From contig CAUYUJ010000118.1 in the NCBI GenBank assembly GCA_963575745.1, forward strand, positions 62,001-117,991: DNA of 55,991 nt, given 5' to 3'. Below the pieces are notes generated by a model. It was not told the DNA's origin. It was given only the letters and a program-made list of their open reading frames with translations, and searched no databases. Origin of the DNA: Prorocentrum cordatum. Lineage: Eukaryota. Below are positions 9,301-21,910 of the stretch, piece after piece (position 1 is the first letter of the stretch; every line of letters starts with the position of its first letter). The translations under genes and the position numbers were made by a program.

Positions 9301-11503
9301 ATGTCCACAGAATTAGCAGAGAACAAGTAGTTGATCTCAGGCTTCTAGATATACTTCACTGTTGCCCAGAGCTCTAGATGCAACAGATGCACGCCCCTGA
9401 TGATGTGAATCGATTGATGTGCACACGAGCTCTGTAGCTCTCCTACATTTCGAGTTACGTACAGAAAACCGACAGCATCTGTCAAGGTGACTCGAATTAT
9501 ACGAATAGTTTCGCGGACGTAGCTCGAGTAGCAGACCAAATTCAGGCCTCTAGATGCAACAAATCAACGCGCCTCATGCTTTGGGATGGGTTTTTGTGAG
9601 CATCAGCTCTGTAGCTGTCCTACAGCTCGAGTTAACTCCAGAAAACCAACACCACCTCTCAGGATGACTCGACTAATACGAATAGGTTCGCGGGCTATCT
9701 CGGGTAGCAGACCGAGTTCGGACCTATAGATGCAACAGATGAACGCGCCTGATGATTTTCAATGAGTTCCTGTAAGTATCAGCCCTGTAGCTGTCCTACA
9801 GCGTACAGGAACCCGACAGCATCTGTCAAGATAACTCGAATAATACGAATAGCGTTGCGGACCTAGCTCGGGTAGCAGACCGAGTTCAGACCTCTGCATG
9901 CAACAGATCGACGCGTCTGATGATTCGGGATGGGTTTCTGTAAGCTTCAGCTCTGTAGCTGTCCTACAGCTCGAGTTAAGTACAGAAAACCCACATCACC
10001 TGTCAAGATGACTCGAATAATACGTATAACTTCGCGGACCTAGCTCGAGTAGCAGACCGAGTTCAGGCCTCTAGATGCGACAAATGAACGTCTATGATCA
10101 TTTTAAATGGTTTCCTGTAAAGTATCACCTCTATAGCTGTCCTGCAACTCAAGTTAAGTACAAAAAACCGACAACGCGTATCAAGATGACTAAAAACTGG
10201 GCGCCGGCGGTAAGCCGTCAACCTTTCTTACAGCCGGGGGACTCGTAGAGCTTCCTGACCATATATTATGTCCAAAGAATTCGTAGAGAACGAATAGTTT
10301 TTCAGCCCGAGCGCTGATAGGAGACTGATCTGAGGCGTCTAGTGATATCCCATTGCTGTGCTCAACACTTCTATAGCTCATCTGCAGCGTGTAAAAAATA
10401 CCATTAGGGAGAAAATAGCAGAGTACGAATCCGTGTTTGGCGTCTGCGCTCACAACAGACCCAAAATAAGCGTCTAGATGCTTTGCGCCTCACGATGTCC
10501 TTCTGATTTTTCGGCCGAAGAGCTCCCGAGCTGCTCTGCAGCTCGAGCTCAGCGAAGAAATTCACCATCATTTGGAAAAAAATGTCGGTCGAATACGAAT
10601 ATTTTTGTGAAGCTAGCTCGGGTAGCAGTCCGAGTTCAGACCTCGCGATGCAACAGACGAACGCTCCCAATGCTTCTGCATCAGTTTCTGTGCGCACCAG
10701 CTCTGTAGCTCTCCTACAGCCTGAATTCAATACAGAAAATGGACAACATCTGTCAAGATGACACGAAGAATACAAATAGTTTTGCGGACCTAGCCCGAGT
10801 AGCAGACCCAGTTCAGACTTCTAGATGCAACAGACAAACGGGCCTGATGATTCCGAATCAGTTTCTGTGCGTATGAGCTCTGTAGCTCTCCTACAGCCCG
10901 AGTTACGTGCGAAAACGGACAGCACCTCTCAAAATGACTCGAAAGATACCAATAGTGTCGCGGACCTAGCTCGAATAGCAGACCGAGTTCAGACCTCTGG
11001 ATGCAACAGACGAACGCGCGTGATTATTGTGCATCGGTTTCTGTGCGCATCAGCTCTGTAGCTCCCCTAGAGCTCGAGTTAAGTACAGAAAAACGACAGT
11101 CCTGTCGAGATAACCCGAGCGATACGAATAGACCTAGCTCGAGTAGCAGACCGATTTCATACCTCTGCATGCCACAGGCGAACGCGCCTGATGTCGCCAA
11201 ATCGGTTTCTGCAATTACCGGCCATGTAGCACCCCTACAGCCCCAGTTAAGTACAGAAAACCGACAGCACCTCTCAAGATGACTCGAATAGTACGAACAG
11301 TTTCGCGGACCTAGCTCGAGCAGCAGACCGAGTTCAGACCTCTGGATGCAACAGACGAACGCGCCTGATGATCTTGAATCGGTTTCTGTAACCATCAGCT
11401 CTGTAGCCCCTCTACAGCTCGAGTTAAGCTTTTTTATAATTTATATTAATATGTATGTATTAATATATAATAATAATGATAAAATTTATCGTAAACCCCC
11501 CCC

Positions 11504-11541
<38 letters not shown>

Positions 11542-14500
11542 GACAACGCATGTCAAGATGACCCCAAACGGCCGATCCCGACCGTGTGCTTTTTGGCATT
11601 AATATCTACCCGATCGAGCTAAGATTAAGACGGCAATCGGGAATAACTTCGAATATCATGGTAAGAATACTAGATCTCCAACGAATGGTTCAATTTCGAA
11701 AACAAAATTTTCAACCGACCAAAAGTCACCAAAAGGTCCATCGAGATTTTTCTTGCCAACTAGCTCTCCGGCGCCCCGGAATTACTCTTAAGCTTCCAGC
11801 ATAAGCTCTGTAGCTGTCCTACAGCTCGAGTTAAGTACAGAAAACCGACGACGCGTGTCAAGATGACCCGAAACGGCCGACCCCGCCCGTGTGCTTTTTG
11901 GCAGTAATATCTACCCGATCGACCTGAGATCAAGACGGCGAGCGGGAATAAGATCGAATATCACGGGAAAAAATACTAGAGCTCTAACGAATGGTTGAAT
12001 TTCGAAAACAAAATTCTCAACCGACCAAAAGTCACCAAAAGGTCCGTCGAGATTTTTCTTGCCAACTAGCTCTCCAGCGCGCCGGAATTACTCTTAAGCT
12101 TCCAGCAACTAGCAAAGGAAAGCTCTACGAGTTACAGCCGATCCTGCCCGCGTGCTTTTTGGCAGTAAAAGATATCCGATCGAGCTGAGATCAAGATGGC
12201 GAGCAGGAATAAGGCCAAATATCACGGGGGAAATACTAGAGCGCTAACGAATGGTTGAATTTCAAGAACAAAATTTTCAACCGACCAAAATTCACCAAAA
12301 GGGTCGTCGAGATTTTTCTCACCAACTAGCTCTCCAACGCCCCGGAACTGGGCGCCGGCGGTAAACCGTCAACCTTTCTTACCGCCGGGGGACTCGTAGA
12401 GCTTCCTGACCATATATAATGTGGAAAAATACAGAGAACGAATAATTTTTCAGCCCGAGATTTCAGACCTCTCGATGCAACAGCCGAACGCCCCTGATGC
12501 TTCTGGATCGTTTTCTGTGCGCACGAGCTCTGTAGCTCTCCTACAGCCCGAGTTACGTGCGAAAATCGGCAGGACCTCTCAAGATCACTCGGACAATACG
12601 AATAGTTTCGCGGACCTAGCTCGAGTATCAGACCGAGTTCAGACCTCTGAACGCGACAGACGGACGCGCCTGATGTCTCCAAATCGATTCCTGTGATTAC
12701 CAGCCCTGCAGCCCCCCTACCGCCCGAGTTAAGTGCAGAAAACCGACAGCACCTCTCGAGATGACTCGAACAATACGAATAGTTTCGCGGACCTAGCTCG
12801 GGCAGCAGACCGAGTTCCGAGCTCTGGATTCGACAGGCGGACGCGCCTGATGTCTCCAAATCGATTCCTGTGATTACCAGCCCTGTAGCCCTCCTACAGC
12901 CCGAGTTAAGTACAGAAAACTGACAGCACCTCTCAAGATGACTCGAACAATACGAATAGTTTCGCGAACCTAGCTCGGGCAGCAGACCGAGTTCAGAGCT
13001 CTCGATTCAACAAACAAGCGCGCCTGATGATTCTGAATCGGCTTGTGTACGCATCAGCTCTGTAGCTGTCCTACAGCTCGAGTTCAATACAAAAAACCGA
13101 CAGCGCCTGTCGAGATGACTCGAAACGGCCGATCCCGCCTGCCTGCTTTTTGGCAGTAGAAGGTACCCGATCGAGCTGAGATCATGACGGCGAGCGGGAA
13201 GAAGATCGAAAATCACGGGAAAAATACTAGAGCTCTAACGAGTGGTTGAATTTCGAGAAAAAAAAAATCGACCGACCAAAAATCACCAAAAGGTCCGTCG
13301 AGATTTTTCTTGCCAACTAGCTCTCCAGCGCGCCGGAATTACTCTTAAGCTTCAGCAACTAGCTAAGGGAAGCTCTACGAGATATTACTCTTAAGCTTCC
13401 AGCAACTAGCTAAGGGAAGCTCTACGAGTTACTTGGTAGCGTCCACTTGGTAGCGTCCAAAACCCGGAGAGCAAAGAGACACTCGGGGACTGGGAGCCGG
13501 CGGTAAACCGTCAACCAGAGCTCTTCTCTCGCACGGCGCTGCTCGTAACACGTGGGAAGAGTCTCACACGCGAGCTCAAAACTCGAAGAAATACGTTTTC
13601 TTAGTTTTTATCCAAAGACGGTTGCTTCAAGTGTTTTGATAGTAATACTGCAGCTACGGATTTGCAAATTTATTGGCGGGCGCGGCATAACCCACTACAG
13701 GTGCGAAAAATACCAGTTCTCAAAACGAATGTTAAAATCTCTCAGAAAAATTGTCCAACCGACCCAAAGTTCACACATTGTCCGTCCGGGCCGGGTGGGT
13801 CAACTAGCTGCACCCCGCGCCGGAATTCCTCTAGCTCATCGATGCCGAAGAGCTCCACGAGGTACTCTTTAGCTTCCAGCAACTAGCTATGGAAGGCTCT
13901 ACGAGTTATAGGGATCCGGCGGTAAACCGTCAACCAGGTAACCGCCCGAAGCCTCGTAGAGCTCTGTTCTTGCGCGGCGCTGCTCTGAGCGCACGGAAAA
14001 AGCTTTCTCAAGCGTGAAGAAAAAAGCTCGAAACAAATATTTGTTCATTTCGTATCCTCCTTTTGTGGACCTAGCTCGAGTGCAAGACCGAGTTCAGACC
14101 TCTCGATGCGAGAAAAGAACGCGCCCGGTGATACTCGATCGGTTTATATGCGTACCAGCTCTGTGGCTCTTCTAAATCTTCAGTTAAGGGAAGCCGACAG
14201 CACCTGTCAAGATCACTCGTATGATGAATAGTTTCGCGGATCTAGCTCGAGTAGCAGACCGAGTTCAGACCTCTCGATGGAACAGACGAACGTGCCTGAT
14301 GATTCTGAAGCGGTATCTATAAGCATCAGCTCTGTAGCTGTCCTAAATCTCGAGTCAAGTACAGAAAACCGTCAACGCGTGTCAAGATGACTCGAAACGG
14401 CCGACGATTCCCTCAGATCTTTCGATTGTACTTTTGCAGCTACGGACCTGAGAATTGAAGTGAGAGACTCTGCATAACCCACTACAGGTGGAAAAAATAC

Positions 14501-15928
14501 CGGTTCTCAAAAGGAATTTTCAAATTTTGCAAAAAGATTGAAAAACCGACCCCAAGTTACCACATTGTCTCTTATCTTAAGGTCGCGTCGGCTCCCGGCG
14601 AGAGCTTCCTTGCCATATATTATGTCCAAAGAATTGGCAGAGAACAAATAGTTTCTCAGCCTCCGCTGATAGCTGACTCGAATACAAAACTGAATTCAGA
14701 GCTCAAATGATGTTCAATCGATTGATCAGCATCTGTCCAGATATCTCGAATAATACGAATAGGTTCGTGGACCTAGCTCGAGTGGCAGACTGAGTTCAGA
14801 CCTCTAGATGCAAGGGATCAACGCACCTGATGATTTGGGATCGGTTTCTGTTAATGGGAGCCGGCGGTAAACCGTCAACCAGGTTACCGCCGGGAGCCTC
14901 GTAGAGCTCTTGTCTGCACGACGCTGTTTGGAACACATGGGGGAAGCTTTCTTACGCGTGAGCTGCAAAGCCTTAAAAATTATGTTTTTCAGCTTTCACC
15001 GAAAGTCGGTTGATTCAAGTGGGGAACCGACAGCACCTCTCAGATCACTCGTATAATACAAATAGTTTCGCGGATCTAGCTCGAGTGGCAGACCGAGTTC
15101 AGAGCTCTCGATGGAACAGACAAACGCGCCTCATCATTCTGAATCGATTTCTGTAAGTAGCAGCTCTGTACCTCTTCCAAATCTTGAGAAGTACAGAAAA
15201 CCGTCAACGCGTGTCAAGATGCTCGAAACGGCCGACGGTTCCCTCAAGTCTTTTCATAGTAATATTGCAGCTACGGACCTGAGAATTTCACTGGCAGACG
15301 CGCACGGCGCGGGCGGTAAACCGTCAACCTTTCACCGCCTGGGGACTCGTAGAGCTTCCTGACCATCTATTGTGTCTGTAAAAAGAGCAGAACAAATAGT
15401 TTTCAAGCTCGAGCTGATAGCAGGGTGATTTCAGGCGTCTAGTGATATCCCATGCTGGAAGGAAGTAGCAGAGTACGAATCCGATTTTGGCGTCTGCGTT
15501 CACAACAGACTCACACCAAGCGTCTAGATGCTTCACGCCTCACGATTTCCTTATGAGCTTTTGTCCGCTCGAGTGAAGAAATTCACCATCATTTGGAAAA
15601 GGAAAAAATGATAGCAGACCACGTTCAGACCTCTCGATGCAACAGACGCTCGAATAATACGAATAACTTCGCAGACCTAGCTCGAGTAGCAGACCCAGTT
15701 CAGACCTCTGGATGCAGCAGACGAACGCGCCTGATCAGTCTGCATCAGTTTCTGTGCGTATCTGCTCTGTAGCTACCCTAGAGCTCATAACTCGAACAAT
15801 ACAATAATGTCGCGGAGGTGGCGGGTAGCAGACCGAGTTCAGACCTCTAGATGGAACGGACGAACGTGCCTGATTATTCTGAGAAGATTCCTATTAACTT
15901 GGTAGCGTCCATCTGGCGTCCACTTGGT
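6373..15928 (-). repeat. Nested mosaic of Helitron2/HINE-like non-autonomous elements
   Basis: Terminal hairpin motif near 6697, 7533, 8620, 8925, 9237, 10205, 12355, 13497, 13916, 14861 and 15311; opposite-end AGCTCTACGAG near 7473, 8533, 12121, 13371 and 13421; internal ~177-bp repeats. Confidence 0.8.
11429..11540 (+). other. AT-rich insert ending in C9-A36
   Basis: Replaces the usual TACAGAAAAC between GAGTTAAG and CGACAACGC of the 177-bp repeat. Confidence 0.6.
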
Positions 15929-15981
15929 TGGGTGTTGGGGTCGGCTACACAGGGCGCGTGCGCCCTAGCCGTGCAGAGTCC

Positions 15982-18900
15982 CTAGGGCCCCTCACGCCCT
16001 CTCAACCTCTTTGGGGTTGGAGGCCCGAGGATCTCAGAGATAATCTGCCGAACACCTTGGAGCAGGCGTTCACAAGCTGTGAGCTCGCTATCAGTAACAG
16101 TGGCCCCCAGAGGGAGTAAAGAAGCCTCCTGGAAAACTCGTCGCCAGTGGTTGCCCCCAAATGAGACCTCCACATAGCAACCTAGAGCAGAGCCTTCAAC
16201 ACTCACGCCACCGTCCCATCCTCCACGGATACGTATGATACAATGTCTCTGTTGTCGTAAATATCTGAAGTCAATCCATCTTCCCGTCCTTCCCCTCCTC
16301 GCCTCCCAAGTCAACTCATCCGCAACACAATTGAACTCTCTGTAGATATGCTTCCACGGACCCGCCCCTACAGTGGCACACCTGATGTCGTAATCCTCCG
16401 CCAGTTGATTCATATCGTTTTGTAGGCCGTGCACTCTCCTGCGGTACGAACGATCACGGCATTCCCAGATCCCTCGGGCCCAGTTCACCACACACATACT
16501 ATCACCAGTCATTTCAACCAGCAATGAGCTCTCCGAGCCCTCCTGCCAGACAGCTTCGTTGTTATATCCGTGGGCAATCCTACGAGCGAGCCTGTCGGAG
16601 TCCTCAGGGGAGTCCCACGTATCCACAGGGCAAGGAGCACAGGGCGGTTTCCTGAAGATGGGCTCCCATCGAGGCTGTATTTTTTCATGCACGCAACTAC
16701 ATTCCACCAGTCCGTCGCATTCCACTTGATGCTGAACCAGCGTAAATTACCACTCGCCGCCAACATAAGACAATGCCAACTGTCAGTGCTTGCATGCGCT
16801 CTCCCTCCCACTCTCCTCGTACCTCCCCTCCTCCTGGCTCCCGTGAACATGGATACAAGTGTGTCCCTCCGTAGCGACCATTCCCCCGCACAGTGTAACA
16901 TGGCCTGCAGCGTCTGACGCCAGGCTCGTGCCCCACGGACGTCCGTGGAGGCGAAGGCCCGATCATGAAACTGGGCCAGCTCCAGCGCAAACTCGAAATT
17001 GGCTCGGACCACCTTCTCTAGGAGACTGCAGTGGCCAGCCTGCAAGAACAGCTCGTATGACTTCGGTGTGGTCCTGTCCCTGAACTCCTCCCACGTCTCC
17101 TCCTCCCTCTTGTGTAATCCTCGCATACCGTTGAGACACCTCCCCTCCCAGACCTTAATCCTCTCCAGCAGTCGTAGATTGCACGGCCAGCCTATACATC
17201 CGTGGTACACCACAGACTGCACACGAGCGGCATACCTGCGAAACTTCTCTTTGAGTGAGACCGATCTGGAGCGATAAAACTTGATGTCAGCAAAATAGGC
17301 CTTCCTCCCTTTCTCCAGTCGATGATACAAGCCGTGATATCCCTTGATTTCCGAGCTGAACTTCACTCCTAGTACCTCCACCTCCTCCTTCCTCGGCATT
17401 ACGACAGTCGAGCGCAAGTGCTCTGGGAGATCCTCATCTCCAGAAATCGCACAGGTGGCTGGCGAGAGCGTGCAGAGCAGCGGCGGATCTCCATCTGTGT
17501 ACGTCTGGCCAAAAAGTACATACGCCAAAGAGTCCTCCTTCCAGTCCATCCCTGCCCGTCTGAGTGTTACCGTCATCATACCGATCATCTGTTGTAGCTG
17601 GAGCTGCGATGCAGCACAGAGCGTAACATTGTCCGCCCACAAGAAATGGTGTACAAGAGCACCGTCCGTCCCATCCCCTTCCAGTCGGACACCGTATCCT
17701 AAGGTGTCCCAAGTCTGAATCACAGATCCCCAGATGGCCTCCAAGACAATATTGAAAAGTATGGGTCCCTCCTTACCTCCCGTTCGGACCGATTTGTTGT
17801 ATCTCACCTCATCGCCGCACACGTTCTGAAACTCAAAGGTAGCAATGTTATCCAGCATGGGCTCCACAATGGCTCTGATGAGGCACACAGGGTACTTAAG
17901 GTACAGCATGGCCTTGATGATAGTGTGCAGTGTGACATTATCGAAAGCTTTGTGTATGTCCAAGACTCCCACGTGCATAGACTCCGCCTTCCCCCACACA
18001 TTTGCATGTCTAGTAAGATGTGATAGTGGTGCCGTGACGTTAGTAACCTTCTGATCCTTCTCAAATCCGTATGTGCACAACCGTCGGTTCACAGGAAATG
18101 CATCAATAAACTGCAACACACATGCCATGTACCATTTACTCATCACACTGATCAGGCAAATCCCTCTGGTGTTGGAGAGTCGTGTAGCATCCCGCATCTT
18201 CGGCACAAGTTGGATACTGAGCTGCCTCCACGTCTCAGGGCTGGAGGCTCCCTGCTCGAAAATCCTCTGGAAAGCACGCCGCACAAACAAGAGGCTCCTC
18301 CACGGCAACTCACGAATGACCTCAGCAACGACTCCATCGCTGCCGGGTGCCGTGCCAGGCTTCAAAGACGCACGAGCCTGCATGAGCATGCCCATCGTGA
18401 TGACTCTTCCCTCCACCCCACGGTCGTTGTGTCTGAGTTCCTGAAAGGCCTCCAAAGTCCGTTTTTCCTCCTCCGAGTTCGTGTAAGACGCCGTCGCATA
18501 CCTAGTGATCTCCGTACTCCACCTAGTCCTGTCCATTGTCAGCACACCCTCACACTCCAGCTCCTTGAGGATACACCGTGAGGTCTTACTGGATCCCCTG
18601 TGGTCCTGCAGGAGTTGGTTCCTCCTATGCTGTCTCCTAAGGGTCTTCCTCCTACGCAGCAGTTGTTTACGAGTATTCCCAAGGGCCCCACGCCTGATGG
18701 CAGACTCCACCTCTATGAGCTCCCTGGGCCTCTGAATAGGTTTGCAGTTGGGGCGCCCCTTAGTGTGGTCCACAAGCTTTGCCGTCTCCAAGAGTACCCG
18801 TCCGACCTGCTGCAGGTCCGTCCCTACCGTGTCCGTTGCAAGTCCCTCAATCGACACATCCGCAAGCACACGAAACATGTTCCTCGCCGTGTCATCCGTC

Positions 18901-19763
18901 GGCTGCCAGCCAACCATGGACACAGGGCGGGGTGGCAAAGCTGGGCGCCTGATCTCCGTCGTCTTGAGATTTACCCAGACCAGAGCGTGATCACTATAGG
19001 CACTGGCTTTTGCACGTATACCTGGCGTAGCTTTGATGGGTTCCACAAACTGGACCTGGCATCTCATTTCCTGGTGAGCTCTTGCCTCATCCGCGCACCA
19101 ACGTGTAGGGATGAGTATATAGTCAAGCACACGCTGCACATGTGTGGAACAGTACGGTATATGTGTGATACGTCGGTCTCCATATGTGTTCGCCGCACAG
19201 ATCCCCCAAGTACTCATGAACCTCATAAGCATGTCCCTCCTCTCTGCATGGTAGTTCGCCTCCTCCCTCCTCCCGTCCACCTGCATAAGACCTCCTCCCG
19301 TCATTCCCAGCATATCTGGTTCAAGTTCCGTCTGAGCATCCATCCCCACCCATGGTATGACTCCAGCCTGTGTAGTTTGAAACATAGTAACACTGCACTT
19401 AGTAAGTACATCTAAATATTCCCCCAAGTGGTCCACGTCACGCATCACACATGGTAGATACACTGGTGTAACTAGAGCACCCCTGAATTCAACACACGCA
19501 AATCGTACCCCACTCCGTCGAGCAATCACATGTGGTGCCCAATCCCTGCACCATGCAACCGCCGCCTTGGAGCAGGAGCTATAGTGAATCTCCCATCCGC
19601 ATCTGTTAAAAGTATTTGCACTGGTATGCTCACACTCTTGCAGACACACCGTTTGAATTGACCTGGCTTCACATGCAGCGACCAGGTTGGGCACTTGACC
19701 GTCGGATATTTTCTGCACATTCCAGGTTGCGACCACGGTCTCAGTCGCAGCCCTACCGCCCCG
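15982..19763 (-). CDS. ORF2 of element 2: APE-RT-permuted RNase H; one frameshift near 16680
   Basis: TWNV, LQE, VYLP, LDY, SDH; APGSDGV, LDIHKAFD, VRTGGKEGP, WADN; GDS, HIYREFNCVAD, WDGG, TDSEL. The frame most plausibly changes at an A6 run (16680-16685). Confidence 0.92.
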
Positions 19764-21134
19764 TCAATGATTCGGGCACCGTAGTGTCTGAAGAAACTGC
19801 ACCTGATTAATATCGGGCTCAACGTGTGTCAAATTATCACCATAGAGGTTCCATCCTTTTGTCGGTCCCCATTCTGCAATCAAAGTCTTTTGTGTAGTAT
19901 CAGCATTCGGCATATACCACATGTATGTCATTGGCGGACCCGTCTCACCTCGAAGAATAGCCGTCGCATTTTTCTTGATATCAGAAAATAGTGCTTGAAA
20001 CCGTCCTACCGCCCGAACATGTTCTATCTTCCATGGCTGGCATTCAACTTGAAATCGCACGTTGGGAGGCAATGAAGTGAGACCCCGTCTGTAGTCATTC
20101 TCCCACACACGTTTCGCTTCCCATAGGATCTCAGAGGATGTACCTGGCTTGAAATAGATCCTACCCCTCGTGTACGGCCAATATCTACCAGTATTCTCCT
20201 GAACCGCCCGATCCAAGTCCAGTGCCGCCCTCTGTGTAGCATCAATTTGTTTAGAGTCAATAAGACCATTCATCGCCGTCGTCAGTGCCTCCTGTGAAAG
20301 AGCCTCCCGCTGACGTATCTCACGGTTCCTCCATCCCTCCCTTGAAACCCATCCCTTGAACTCAACATAACGTGGATTCCAAGCAGGATCGTGCCTGTCC
20401 GTACCCGCCTTCGTGGATCCACTTGCTACAGACAGCCCGTCCCCCTGCTTGAGCTTCTGAACTTCATTGGTGAGGTCCTGGATCGCCGATTCTGTTTTTG
20501 ATACCCTGGAGTCCAGAGATGTTTTGAGACCGTCCATTTCCGTACGAATAGAGTTCCTGAACGATTGCATGTCTGCCGTCATAGTCTGTTGTCCCGTCAT
20601 GATGGAACGAAACATCTGTTCAATGTCCAGACCAGCTTCCTGGGCAACCTCATTCGCCCCCAACGTTTGTCCCGCACCTCCTCCTTCTCCTTTCCCTCCT
20701 CCTTTGACATTACGAGCACGGACAGCTCTAGCAAACGCCCCACCCCCATCATCAATTGTCATGTCCTGGCCCACCGCATGCAAGCCTGGAGCACCTGGAA
20801 CTGAAGAACCTGCTGGCATCGCTGGTGCAACACCTGAAACTGAAGAACCTGCTGCCGCCATCTTCCTTTTGTGGCTGCGCAAGATATTGAAATCGTAACC
20901 TTCACCCTGCACGAAGTGGTTACGCAAGATATGGAAATCGTAACCTTCACCCTGCACAAACGGTACGGTTGGTGTGAGCGATGGCACACAAATAACAGCT
21001 CCCCTGTCACCTCGAGGTGTCCCGACCTGTCTAGCAAGATAGTCCCAGTCCGCGTGACTGAAGTCGGATCCCCAGCACTCCGTCGTTCCAAGAGAGAGGA
21101 AAAGATACAATTGCAGCAGTAGCAATAGCCGCAA
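19764..21134 (-). CDS. ORF1 of element 2 (uninterrupted; first ATG at 20861)
   Basis: 456-aa ORF; heptad-like segment followed by VEFKGW, PWKIEH, GETGPP and GW motifs shared with ORF1 of element 4. Confidence 0.88.
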   Translation of the reverse strand: MRLLLLLQLYLFLSLGTTECWGSDFSHADWDYLARQVGTPRGDRGAVICVPSLTPTVPFVQGEGYDFHILRNHFVQGEGYDFNILRSHKRKMAAAGSSVSGVAPAMPAGSSVPGAPGLHAVGQDMTIDDGGGAFARAVRARNVKGGGKGEGGGAGQTLGANEVAQEAGLDIEQMFRSIMTGQQTMTADMQSFRNSIRTEMDGLKTSLDSRVSKTESAIQDLTNEVQKLKQGDGLSVASGSTKAGTDRHDPAWNPRYVEFKGWVSREGWRNREIRQREALSQEALTTAMNGLIDSKQIDATQRAALDLDRAVQENTGRYWPYTRGRIYFKPGTSSEILWEAKRVWENDYRRGLTSLPPNVRFQVECQPWKIEHVRAVGRFQALFSDIKKNATAILRGETGPPMTYMWYMPNADTTQKTLIAEWGPTKGWNLYGDNLTHVEPDINQVQFLQTLRCPNH

Positions 21135-21910
21135 TCAAGTGCAGGCTTGGCCTAGCACACACAATAACAATAACAAGTGCAGCGGCCTAGCTGACCTCGA
21201 TCTCGCTGAACCCGAAGATGACGAAGAAGGCAGCGAGGGCTGCCGAGCCGCCCGCGGCGACGCACCCCCTCCCACACGCTAGACGCCTGTGGGATCCAGG
21301 CGTCCACTTGGTAGCGTCCAAAACCCGGAGAGCAAAGAAAGCCTTACGAACCGGAAAGCCCTCCTGGAGGGTTATGGGGGGCTTCCCTGTGGCCCTTCTG
21401 AAGCACTGCCAGGAACGCTTCCACGCGTGCCTGCACGCGCGCAGGCACGCGCGGAAGCTTGCCGGAAGCTCTCCCGGACCAGCTGCTGGCTCGAACGAAC
21501 CCCTCCAAGGATTCTGGAGCGGCGGAGATGGGCCGACCAAAAGAGACAATGTGGTAACTTTGGGTGGGTATTGCTAAATTTTGAAAGATATTTGACAATT
21601 CATTTGGAGAGCCGGTATTTTTCTCCCGTGTAGGTCTGCCAGTTAAATTCTCAGGTCCGTAGCTGCAATATTACTATCAAAAGACTTGCAGGACTTGCGT
21701 TCCGAGTCATCTTGACACGCATTCACGGCTATCTGTACTTAACTCGAGATTTCGAAGCTACAGAGCTGATAATTACACGAATCGATTCAGAATCATCAGG
21801 CGCGTTCGTCTGTTGTATCCAGAGGCTTCAACTCGGTCTGCTACTCGAGCTAGGTCCGTCGAACTATTTGTGTTCTTCGAGTGATCTTGACCAGTGCTGT
21901 CGGTTTTCTG

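Larger units (their letters stand above)
15929..21298 (-). mobile_element. Full-length non-LTR retrotransposon 2, inserted at a different repeat motif
   Basis: 14-bp duplication GGCGTCCACTTGGT at 15915-15928 and 21299-21312; similar empty site GCGTCCACTTGGT^AGCGTCCAAAACCCGG near 13439-13467. Confidence 0.95.

Noticed and set aside
16675..16690. Programmed -1 frameshift before RNase H in element 2
   Set aside because: Not a canonical slippery heptamer in frame and absent at this position in the other three elements; a homopolymer error or mutation is simpler.
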